Shown one piece after another: positions 33,785 through 40,837 of a stretch of DNA of 64,000 nt (the stretch's first letter is position 1; the number at the start of each line of letters is the position of its first letter). The notes under the pieces are model-generated. The model searched no databases. It was given only the letters and a program-made list of their open reading frames with translations, and had not been told where the DNA came from. The position numbers and the translations under genes are program-made. The DNA lies in assembly GCA_017962275.1 (NCBI GenBank), contig JAGCVQ010000094.1, positions 541 to 64,540 of the forward strand, in the 5' to 3' direction. This stretch comes from Bacteroidales bacterium (GTDB lineage: Bacteria > Bacteroidota > Bacteroidia > Bacteroidales > WCHB1-69).

Positions 33785-36127
33785 TCATTCTTTCTTCAAC
33801 GCCTCCGCAGGATTCGTTTTCGCCGCGCGCAACGTCTGCCAGAGAACCGACAGGAACGCAATTAGGAGCGAAAGCACGACGGCGAGGATGAAGATCCACG
33901 GGGAGAGGTCGATGCGGTAGGCGAAGCGTTCTAAGTACTTGCCGCACACGTAGATGGCGATGGGGACAGCTATTGCGTTGGCGAGCAGCATCAGGATGAG
34001 GTACTCAATCAGACTACGGCAGGTTTCGCTTTCCAAGGTGCCACCGAAGACCTTGCGGATGGCGATGCTCCTTTCCCGCTCGGAAGCGAAATGGGCGCTC
34101 ATGGCCACCAAGCCCAACAACGACAGCAGCACCGAAACAGCCATGATCAGCTCGATGAGACGCATCTGCCGTTTGGTTTTTCCGTATTTCGAGGCGACGA
34201 CATTCTTCAGAAAATCGTTGTAATCCGGCTCCATATAGGTGCCCAAAGCCGCCATGCAATGCTTCTCATACACCGCATCAATGGCTCGTTTGGCCTCCTT
34301 GTGGTCGCCCAAGATCTCCAACAACGGATGAGCGACTCGTGCAAAAACAGGATCGCCATTGCTAAAAACAATGGTAAAGTCTTCGTCGGCGGCATGCAGG
34401 GCATCCAACATGTTGAAATCCTTGATGACACCGCAAACATCGTTAGCGATATTGCCCTGCCTCCAAAGCAAAATCGTGTCATAATTATAGTCACCGTATG
34501 GTAGCCCCGTCAAGCCTGCCACGGCACTTTCCGTCATCCAAAAACTCGTCGCTTCCGGTTCATGGAACTGTTCAACCACCTGAAAACCCAACATGCGGAA
34601 GGCCGCCGTGTCGCAATTAAACGAAAAAACAATGGTATTCCTTTCCGTCTCGCCCATTTTGGTCATAACCAAATCCGTGGTTGTAACGCCCGGAACATTC
34701 TCTGTAAAAGCCAATTCCTTCACGCATGGCAAGCTGCGGACTTCATCGACAAAAGCGGTCTTTTCGGGAAGATCGTCCAACTTGGAACTGACGAAATAAA
34801 GGTTGTCCGTCTGCAGACCGACGGGACGATTCATCATGTGCCGCATTTGCAGTTGCATCGTAATCACCACGGCGATCAGCACGATGGAAATGACGTTTTG
34901 GACCACCATGAAGAGCCGCGACAACTCTTTGCGTGAGCGAAAGCGGAAGGTGCCCTTCACCACATCTATAGGTTTGGTCTGCGACACGATGAGAGCGGGC
35001 AAGATACCAGCCAAAAGCGACACCACCACGACCATCAGCAGGTAGGCCAGAAGATAACCCGTTGTGAACGGAATGCGCACCGCCACATCAGCCCTCAACA
35101 AATCGTTGACGTATGGCACACTAGCGTAGGCCAGCAGCAATCCGACGATAAAACAGCCCAACGTGAACCAAAACGATTCGGCCAGGAAACGTCCGATGAC
35201 AGCCGATTTTTGCGCCCCCAACAATCGCCGCGACGCCATCTCCTTCGCACGTTTCCCCACAAGCGCCACATTCAGGTTGATATAGTTGATGAGCGCGGAG
35301 AGCAGCAGCAACAGCCCGACCACAACCACGGTGCGGAGCATCGACCTGTCACCTTGTTGCAAATGACATTTTGTTTCACTGAAAAAGATCTCATCCATCC
35401 GAATCATCGTGACATTCTCCTTGTAGAAGACACTATAAATATGGTCATACTTCTCCTTGCAAAGAGCATCCACCTTCTCTGCCAGAAGCGCACGGTCTGC
35501 ATTCGGCACCGCCTTGATGAAGGTATGGAAACTATTATGATAATAAAGTGGATTCTCTCTGTAAACAGCCAATTCTTTGCAGGTTTCAATGTTGCCTATG
35601 ATATCGGCGTCATACAACAAGGAACTGCCCAAGTCGGAAATCACGCCTACTATAGTCAGCGTGTCATTCTCCGCAATAACCTGTTTTCCAACCACTTCCC
35701 CTTTCATTTTGGAAGCCAACTTTTCCGAAATAAAAGCCACATGGGCTTTGGTCAGATTGTCGGGACCACCCTCTTTGAACTGAACGGGGAAGATGTCGAA
35801 GAAGTCGCGGTCACAGGAGAGGACATTGCCCACAAACGACTCGCCTTCCGCTTTCAGGAGCTGGTCGTGCTGAAAATAGAAATGGGTCACACATTCCACT
35901 TCAGGGATTTTGTCGCCGATGATTTCCTTCATCCCGTAGCCATTGGTCATATTATCGCTGCCCACGGCATAGATCCGTTCGCGGTCGGGGTTCTCGCGCG
36001 GCACGGCGTATTGCTGCATCACGTAGCAGAAGCTGATGATGACGAAGGCGAGCGACACGCTCAGCCCCACCGCCTCGATGGCGGTGTATAACTTGTTTCT
36101 GCTGAGGAATTTAAGGTATGATCTCAT
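33785..36127 (-). CDS. ABC transporter permease, MacB/FtsX-like (two FtsX domains)
   Basis: It begins MRSYLKFLSRNKLYTAIEAVGLSVSLAFVI, is 780 aa, and ends NPAEALKKE. Confidence 0.8.
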   Translation of the reverse strand: MRSYLKFLSRNKLYTAIEAVGLSVSLAFVIISFCYVMQQYAVPRENPDRERIYAVGSDNMTNGYGMKEIIGDKIPEVECVTHFYFQHDQLLKAEGESFVGNVLSCDRDFFDIFPVQFKEGGPDNLTKAHVAFISEKLASKMKGEVVGKQVIAENDTLTIVGVISDLGSSLLYDADIIGNIETCKELAVYRENPLYYHNSFHTFIKAVPNADRALLAEKVDALCKEKYDHIYSVFYKENVTMIRMDEIFFSETKCHLQQGDRSMLRTVVVVGLLLLLSALINYINLNVALVGKRAKEMASRRLLGAQKSAVIGRFLAESFWFTLGCFIVGLLLAYASVPYVNDLLRADVAVRIPFTTGYLLAYLLMVVVVSLLAGILPALIVSQTKPIDVVKGTFRFRSRKELSRLFMVVQNVISIVLIAVVITMQLQMRHMMNRPVGLQTDNLYFVSSKLDDLPEKTAFVDEVRSLPCVKELAFTENVPGVTTTDLVMTKMGETERNTIVFSFNCDTAAFRMLGFQVVEQFHEPEATSFWMTESAVAGLTGLPYGDYNYDTILLWRQGNIANDVCGVIKDFNMLDALHAADEDFTIVFSNGDPVFARVAHPLLEILGDHKEAKRAIDAVYEKHCMAALGTYMEPDYNDFLKNVVASKYGKTKRQMRLIELIMAVSVLLSLLGLVAMSAHFASERERSIAIRKVFGGTLESETCRSLIEYLILMLLANAIAVPIAIYVCGKYLERFAYRIDLSPWIFILAVVLSLLIAFLSVLWQTLRAAKTNPAEALKKE

Positions 36128-36146
36128 ATCTTTATTTATTTGGTGT

Positions 36147-36221
36147 CCCCCACATTGCGCTTCGCTTATGTGGGGTTAATTGCACTTCGTGCGTCTTGTC
36201 CCTTCGGGACTGCTCAAGGAA
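36147..36221 (+). repeat. REP-A three-hairpin element, copy 3
   Basis: The hairpins are CCCCACAT...ATGTGGGG, GCAC-TTC-GTGC and GTCCC-TTC-GGGAC. It lies 19 nt upstream of the permease start. Confidence 0.8.
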
Positions 36222-36236
36222 GCTATTTTATATTAC

Positions 36237-36275
36237 TACCCCGCCCTTCGGGCACCCCTTCTATAATAGAAGGGG
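36237..36275 (+). repeat. REP-B two-hairpin element, copy 2
   Basis: The sequence is TACCCC GCCC-TTC-GGGC A CCCCTTCTAT-A-ATAGAAGGGG. The second stem differs from copy 1 but is still self-complementary. Confidence 0.7.
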
Positions 36276-36292
36276 GATTGGGGTCGCCCGTT

Positions 36293-36383
36293 CCTTTTGC
36301 CTTTTGCCTTTTCCCTGTTGCCTATTGCCTTATAACTGCTAACTACTAACTGCTAACTACTAACTGCTAACTACTAACTCGTC
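36293..36383. repeat. 13-unit 7-nt word array with two families joined in one phase
   Basis: The units read ccttttg x2, ccttttc, cctgttg, cctattg, ccttata, then actgcta/actacta alternating x6, then actcgtc. The array contains the MFP stop at 36360-62 and encodes the protein's last residues. Confidence 0.85.
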
Positions 36384-37622
36384 TGCCTCCCCAAACCGTT
36401 CGTACGACGACGTGATCACCCTTTCCCCGGGCTCCAGCCCTTCAAGCACCTCGTAGTACTGCGGGTTCTGGCGGCCGATGCGGATTTCGCGTTTCACGGC
36501 TTTGGTGCCGTCGGGCGAGAGGACATAGATCCACTTGCCGCCGGTGGTTTGGTAGAACGCACCACGGGGGATTAAAATTGCCTCCACGGGCTGACCGAGC
36601 TGCAAATTTAGGTAAAAAGTCTGGCCGTTGCGAATGTTTGTAGGTTGCTCGCCAGAAAATTTGAAGTCGGCCTTGAACTTGCCGTCACGAACCTCGGGAT
36701 AGACCTTGCGTATCAGCACGTTATGCTTGCCATCCTGACGCTCCACCGTGGCTTCCAAACCCGCTGTCACCCGGTCGATGTAGTGCTCGTCTATCAGGGC
36801 TTCGATTTTGTAGTTGTCCTGATTGTTGATCTGTCCAACCTTGCTGCCCATCGCGACAGATTGCCCGAGCACCACATCCACCAGACCCAACTCGCCGTCA
36901 ATAGGCGCTTTGATGGTGAGATTCTCTTTCCGTTTGCGTATCATCTGCATGTTAAGTCGCATATTTTCAAGACTTTCGCGCATCTGTCGAATTTCGACGG
37001 AGCGATAGAGGCTGTCCTGCTTGGCGCGGTTCTCCACTAACGTCAGACGGTCCTGCGCCAGCTGGTAATCCTCCTCGGCCTGCAAAAAGGCCTCTTTCGC
37101 TATGAGATTGTCCTGATAGAGTGCCTTTTGAGAGTCGTAGGTGCGCTTCTTGCGACGAACCTCCATCCGCAACTGCAACATCTCCTGCTGCAACGTCAGT
37201 TTCTGTTGTTCCATGGAAATCAAGGTGTTACGCAAGATATTCTCTTTCTCAGCCAAGTCTGCCTCGGCGTTCAGAATCTGCATGTCGAGACTTTCGTTGC
37301 TGAGAACCAATATGACGTCGCCCTCGCGCACGTGCGAGCCCTCTTCCGCCACGATCTGCTGCACTATCCCACCCTCCAACGGACTGAGCTGCACGGTCGT
37401 CATGGGCACCACGCGCCCGCTCACACGGATGTAGTCGTTGAACTCGCCTCGCCGCACTTCGCTCACGGTGAGGTCGTTACCGCCCACGCGCAGCTTCTTC
37501 GCATCGTCACGTAGTAACAGCCACCCGATGAAGAGCAGCAAGAGTGCGCCGCCCCAGAAGGGGATGGCCTTGCGGGTGAAGATTTTTCGGATTCCTTTTG
37601 TTGGTTCTATTGTTCTGTCCAT
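36360..37622 (-). CDS. Efflux periplasmic adaptor (HlyD/MacA-type membrane fusion protein)
   Basis: It has an N-terminal TM helix, a coiled-coil hairpin (LTLQQEMLQLRMEVRRKK...) and beta-barrel C-terminal domains. Length is 420 aa. Confidence 0.85.
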   Translation of the reverse strand: MDRTIEPTKGIRKIFTRKAIPFWGGALLLLFIGWLLLRDDAKKLRVGGNDLTVSEVRRGEFNDYIRVSGRVVPMTTVQLSPLEGGIVQQIVAEEGSHVREGDVILVLSNESLDMQILNAEADLAEKENILRNTLISMEQQKLTLQQEMLQLRMEVRRKKRTYDSQKALYQDNLIAKEAFLQAEEDYQLAQDRLTLVENRAKQDSLYRSVEIRQMRESLENMRLNMQMIRKRKENLTIKAPIDGELGLVDVVLGQSVAMGSKVGQINNQDNYKIEALIDEHYIDRVTAGLEATVERQDGKHNVLIRKVYPEVRDGKFKADFKFSGEQPTNIRNGQTFYLNLQLGQPVEAILIPRGAFYQTTGGKWIYVLSPDGTKAVKREIRIGRQNPQYYEVLEGLEPGERVITSSYERFGEADELVVSS

Positions 37623-37640
37623 AGCATTTGTTCTTGTCTG

Positions 37641-37720
37641 CCCCCCCCCACATTACGCTTCGCTTATGTGGGGTTAATTGCGCTTCGCGCGTCTTGCCCC
37701 TAACGGGGCTGTTTAAGGAA
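37641..37720 (+). repeat. REP-A three-hairpin element, copy 4
   Basis: The hairpins are CCCCACAT...ATGTGGGG, GCGC-TTC-GCGC and GCCCC-TAAC-GGGGC (a compensated third stem). It lies 18 nt upstream of the MFP start. Confidence 0.8.
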
Positions 37721-37736
37721 AGTGTTTTTAATATTA

Positions 37737-37771
37737 TTCTTCATTATGCATTCTTCATTCTTCATTGATAA
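37737..37771. repeat. 7-nt word array (ttcttca family)
   Basis: The units read ttcttca ttatgca ttcttca ttcttca ttgataa. The array contains the TolC stop at 37755-57. The minus-strand sense reads TGAAGAA repeats. Confidence 0.75.
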
Positions 37772-39107
37772 GCCTCGCGTAGTACCGCACCACCTCGCAT
37801 TTCACGAAATACGTCAACCTCGCGTGCAGGTATTCGGCGGTGGCGTTCAGGTGGTTGTCGGCGACGGTTTGGTATTCGACGGCGGAGGTGAGGCCTTGCT
37901 CGAATTGTTTGGTGCTCAGCGCGTAAAGTTCCTGCTGGAGGGCGGCGTGCTGCTGTGCCTGGCGCAGGGCTTCGGCGGCACCGTCACGGTCGGCGATGGC
38001 GCGGCGCACCTCCGCGTCGGCCTCGTGTTGCGCCTGCTCGCGCCGCGCCTCCGCACGGTCGAGTTCGTTGCGCCGCCGCGCGATCTCAGACTGCCGCGAA
38101 AAACGGTCGTAAATCGGGATGTTCAGCGACAGCTGCACGTACTCACCGCCATTGTCTGCGATCTGTCGCCAGTAAGGGGCTGGCACATAGCCTGTTTTGC
38201 CGGGATAGGTAAAGTAGGTCGAGGACCAGCCGCCATACAACGACAGCGACGGCAACAGCCGCCACTTCGCGGTCCTGAGGGCGATGCGGGCGGTCTCATA
38301 CTCCCCATTGGCTATGATTACTCGCGGAAGCCGAGTCACCGCCTGCATCGCCCTTGCCGCCTCATCCTCATTGCCGGAAGATGTCGCGCCAAACATGGAA
38401 TCCGGCCATTCCATATCGATGTTCAACACCTTTTGATTATCATACAACATAATGTCTGTCAGGGTGATATATGCGTCATTGAGATGATTGCTGCATACCG
38501 TCAATTGATATTCACGGTCGGAGAGTTCCGCCTTGGTATGCAGCACATCGGAGTAGGATTTCTGTCCCAATTCGTACTGCCGCTGCGCAAAAAGCATCGC
38601 CTTCTCGGCCGTGTTCACCTGTGCGCGAATGGCGTTACTCAATTCGGTATAGTAAAGCACGTTGCAGTAAGCCTCCATCACGGCGAGACAGAGTCGGTCC
38701 TCAACCTGCTGTTGCTTGGTCAGTCCTGACTGTTCCGCAATCTTCGTGATTTTCAGATTGTTGACTGCCTGAAAACCGTTAAACAACGTGATGCCCGCCG
38801 ACAATCCATACCCATTGTGGAAAGAGGTAACCGTACTGTAGGTGTTGGTTTCGGGGTCAATCGAGCGTCCGAAGTTGGAATAAGCATACGCATCGCCACT
38901 GACGGTCGGGGTGAAGGCCCTGAGGATGGCCTCGCGACGGGAAATCTGCGCGTCCCGACAGTCTGCTTGCTGCAACCTCACTTCCGCTGAATGTGCCAAA
39001 GCGTAGCTCATGCACTCCCGCAACGTCATCCGCACGGTGTCCTGCGCGTGCGCCGTAAAAGACAGCACTGTCATCAGCATCATTATTATCCACATTCGCA
39101 AATACAT
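37755..39107 (-). CDS. TolC-family outer-membrane efflux protein
   Basis: It has a signal peptide ending FTAHAQ and two TolC repeats. It is 450 aa and is the first gene of the efflux cluster. Confidence 0.85.
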   Translation of the reverse strand: MYLRMWIIMMLMTVLSFTAHAQDTVRMTLRECMSYALAHSAEVRLQQADCRDAQISRREAILRAFTPTVSGDAYAYSNFGRSIDPETNTYSTVTSFHNGYGLSAGITLFNGFQAVNNLKITKIAEQSGLTKQQQVEDRLCLAVMEAYCNVLYYTELSNAIRAQVNTAEKAMLFAQRQYELGQKSYSDVLHTKAELSDREYQLTVCSNHLNDAYITLTDIMLYDNQKVLNIDMEWPDSMFGATSSGNEDEAARAMQAVTRLPRVIIANGEYETARIALRTAKWRLLPSLSLYGGWSSTYFTYPGKTGYVPAPYWRQIADNGGEYVQLSLNIPIYDRFSRQSEIARRRNELDRAEARREQAQHEADAEVRRAIADRDGAAEALRQAQQHAALQQELYALSTKQFEQGLTSAVEYQTVADNHLNATAEYLHARLTYFVKCEVVRYYARLINEE

Positions 39108-39120
39108 CCTATTTATATAT

Positions 39121-39211
39121 TGGCTATTAGTTGTTGGCTATTGGCACTAAACCATAAACCCTAAACCAAACCATGCCAATGCCGTGCCAAACCGGCAAAT
39201 CGCTAATCGAC
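39121..39211. repeat. Extended 7-nt phased region (tggctat, aaaccat, aatcgct words)
   Basis: The units read tggctat tagttgt tggctat tggcact aaaccat aaaccct aaaccaa accatgc caatgcc gtgccaa accggca aatcgct aatcgac. It starts 13 nt from the tolC start and includes the sigma-54-like element. Confidence 0.6.
39174..39189 (-). promoter_or_regulatory. Candidate sigma-54 promoter TGGCACGGCATTGGCA
   Basis: The GG-N10-GC spacing is satisfied. The -24 TGGCAC is perfect and the -12 is TGGCA against the consensus TTGCA. It lies about 65 nt upstream of the tolC ATG, and a sigma-54 bEBP is encoded in the same cluster. Confidence 0.45.
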
Positions 39212-39242
39212 AACATCTTACAAAAACAAACAAGGGGAACGT

Positions 39243-39281
39243 TGTAAGAAATTCTTACAACGACTGTAAGCGGAATTTACA
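39243..39281. promoter_or_regulatory. Two TGTAA-N7-TTACA dyads, 22 bp centre to centre (candidate bEBP UAS)
   Basis: The dyads are at 39243-39259 and 39265-39281. The first is part of the 21-bp perfect palindrome GTTGTAAGAA-A-TTCTTACAAC. They start 54 nt upstream of the -24 hexamer. Confidence 0.5.
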
Positions 39282-39352
39282 ATGACGACGCGCATTTCCT
39301 GTCTTTGGACAAAAAATTATTCGGAATTACATCGTGGTATCAAAAAAAAGTG

Positions 39353-39360
39353 TATTTTTG
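39353..39360 (+). promoter_or_regulatory. -7 promoter box TATTTTTG (tRNA-Glu)
   Basis: It lies 15 nt upstream of the tRNA 5' end. Confidence 0.5.
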
Positions 39361-39375
39361 CCGCCGATTTCAACT

Positions 39376-39447
39376 GCTGCGTTCTTCTAACGGTTAGGAA
39401 TCAAGATTCTCAATCTTGCAATACGAGTTCGATTCTCGTACGCAGTA
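39376..39447 (+). tRNA. tRNA-Glu (anticodon CTC)
   Basis: I folded it by hand. The acceptor is GCTGCGT/ACGCAGT, the D-arm is TTCT-AACGGTTA-GGAA, the anticodon arm is CAAGA-TTCTCAA-TCTTG, the variable loop is 4 nt, and the T-arm is ACGAG-TTCGATT-CTCGT. Confidence 0.85.
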
Positions 39448-39454
39448 CAAAAGG

Positions 39455-39476
39455 CCACCTGTTCGTGAGAAGGTGG
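39455..39476 (+). terminator. Intrinsic terminator after tRNA-Glu
   Basis: The structure is CCACCT-N10-AGGTGG, followed by TTTTTTT at 39477-83. Confidence 0.75.
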
Positions 39477-39483
39477 TTTTTTT

Positions 39484-39518
39484 ATAGGCAATAGGCAACA
39501 GGCAATAGTGATTAGGTA
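39484..39518. repeat. 7-nt word array (ataggca family)
   Basis: The units read ataggca ataggca acaggca atagtga ttaggta. Confidence 0.75.
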
Positions 39519-39531
39519 TTTTTGAGAAGAA

Positions 39532-39598
39532 TTCCTTAAACAGTCCCGAAGGGACAACATCTTAATAACCCCATGCAAGGCGAAGCCGCAGTGCGGGG
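39532..39598 (-). repeat. REP-A element, copy 5 (inverted; middle hairpin missing)
   Basis: It reads TTCCTTAAACA GTCCC-GAA-GGGAC ... CCCCATGCAAGGCGAAGCCGCAGTGCGGGG. It lies 12 nt upstream of ATG 39611. Its polarity relative to that gene is the same as for copies 1-4. Confidence 0.7.
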
Positions 39599-39610
39599 AT
39601 CATAAAAAAA

Positions 39611-40603
39611 ATGAAAAAACTCCTCTACTGGATTCAAAATGCGCGGGCGTACGCGCTGCCGCAGAGCGTACTTCCCTCCCTGGTGGCCGTCTTCATGGCC
39701 GCCGGCAACGAGAATTTTTCCATCGGACTGAGCATCGTGGCGGTGCTGGGGGTGATGATCGCCCACCTGTCCGTCAACCTTTTCGACGACTACTTCGATT
39801 ACCCCTTCCACAGCGAAGAGGCGCGCGAGGAGACCGTGGCGGAGGGACAGCGCGCCCGCATCGCGAAAAGTCCCTACCTGACTTCCGGCGAGGTGACGAC
39901 GAAACAACTCTTCATCGTGGCTTCCCTGTTCGCGCTGGCCGCCATCCTGTTGGGCTGCATCGTCTTCATAAAACGCGGACTTATACCGCTTTACATTGCC
40001 TTGGCCGCCGGTTTTCTCGGATTTTTCTATTCCGGAAAACCCATCCGCTTCTGCTATCACGGTCTGGGCGAATTGGTCACAGGTCTCATTTTCGGTCCTT
40101 TGCTGATGGCCGGCGTACACTATGCGGCGTGCGGCACGCTCAACGCCAGTCTGTACGTGGTTTCCGTCGCTGTCGGTTTGTGGGTGGTCAACATTCTTTA
40201 CACCCACTCCATCATGGATGCCACCGCCGACCGCAAAGTGGGCAAAAAGACGCTGGCCGAAGTGTTGAAAACCAAGCCGCTGAAATTGGCCGCCTCCGCC
40301 GTCTTCAATTTTACGCCGTATCTCATCTTACTTATCTCATTGATTAACGGCTCCTTACATCCGATCTTCGCCGCTATTTATATCATTCTCCCGCTATCTG
40401 TTGCCCTGTTCTACCTGCTGTATCAGTTCTGCTATCATCCCGAGCGAGAATTCGAACGCAAATGGTGGTACGGCCCCATCGAGCATTGGGATGCCATCTG
40501 CGAAAACCATCTCGAATGGTTCGCCATCCGCTGGTTCCTGGCCCGCAACATCCTGCAATTCGCGAGCCTCATCTTCATCGTTTGCTCTTTGGTCTCCCAT
40601 TGA
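39611..40603 (+). CDS. UbiA-family prenyltransferase (MenA-like)
   Basis: It has about 8-9 TM helices and the Asp-rich motif NLFDDYFDY. Length is 330 aa. Confidence 0.65.
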   Translation: MKKLLYWIQNARAYALPQSVLPSLVAVFMAAGNENFSIGLSIVAVLGVMIAHLSVNLFDDYFDYPFHSEEAREETVAEGQRARIAKSPYLTSGEVTTKQLFIVASLFALAAILLGCIVFIKRGLIPLYIALAAGFLGFFYSGKPIRFCYHGLGELVTGLIFGPLLMAGVHYAACGTLNASLYVVSVAVGLWVVNILYTHSIMDATADRKVGKKTLAEVLKTKPLKLAASAVFNFTPYLILLISLINGSLHPIFAAIYIILPLSVALFYLLYQFCYHPEREFERKWWYGPIEHWDAICENHLEWFAIRWFLARNILQFASLIFIVCSLVSH

Positions 40604-40633
40604 TTTCTGGTTGTTAGCTGGTGATATTTGGTA

Positions 40634-40696
40634 AAGGCTAATAGCCAAAAGCTAAAAGCTAATAGCCAGATGCAAATAGCTGAAAGCTAAGCGCTA
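40634..40696. repeat. 7-nt word array (aaagcta/atagcca family), nine units
   Basis: The units read aaggcta atagcca aaagcta aaagcta atagcca gatgcaa atagctg aaagcta agcgcta. Confidence 0.8.
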
Positions 40697-40727
40697 AAAA
40701 AAAATGCTCAATTGTACGAAAAAAAAC

Positions 40728-40735
40728 GTACCTTT
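40728..40735 (+). promoter_or_regulatory. -7 promoter box TACCTTTG (tRNA-Arg-CCG, possibly also yggS)
   Basis: It lies 13 nt upstream of the tRNA 5' end. Confidence 0.5.
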
Positions 40736-40748
40736 GCCGCCAAAATCC

Positions 40749-40822
40749 GGCCCCGTAGTTCAGCTGAATAGAACGTCAGATTCCGGTTCTGAAAGTCGTG
40801 GGTTTGAATCCCGCCGGGGTCA
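40749..40822 (+). tRNA. tRNA-Arg (anticodon CCG) with an unusual A19/U56 elbow pair
   Basis: I folded it by hand. The acceptor is GGCCCCG/CGGGGTC and the anticodon loop is TTCCGGT. The D-loop reads AGCTGAATA (GA where GG is usual). The T-loop reads TTTGAAT (T where C56 is usual). Confidence 0.85.
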
Positions 40823-40837
40823 CTAAATACAGTCCGT

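Noticed and set aside
39282-39494. A 70-aa ORF spanning the tRNA-Glu locus.
   Set aside because: It overlaps a well-folded tRNA gene together with its promoter and terminator, and it has no coding signal.
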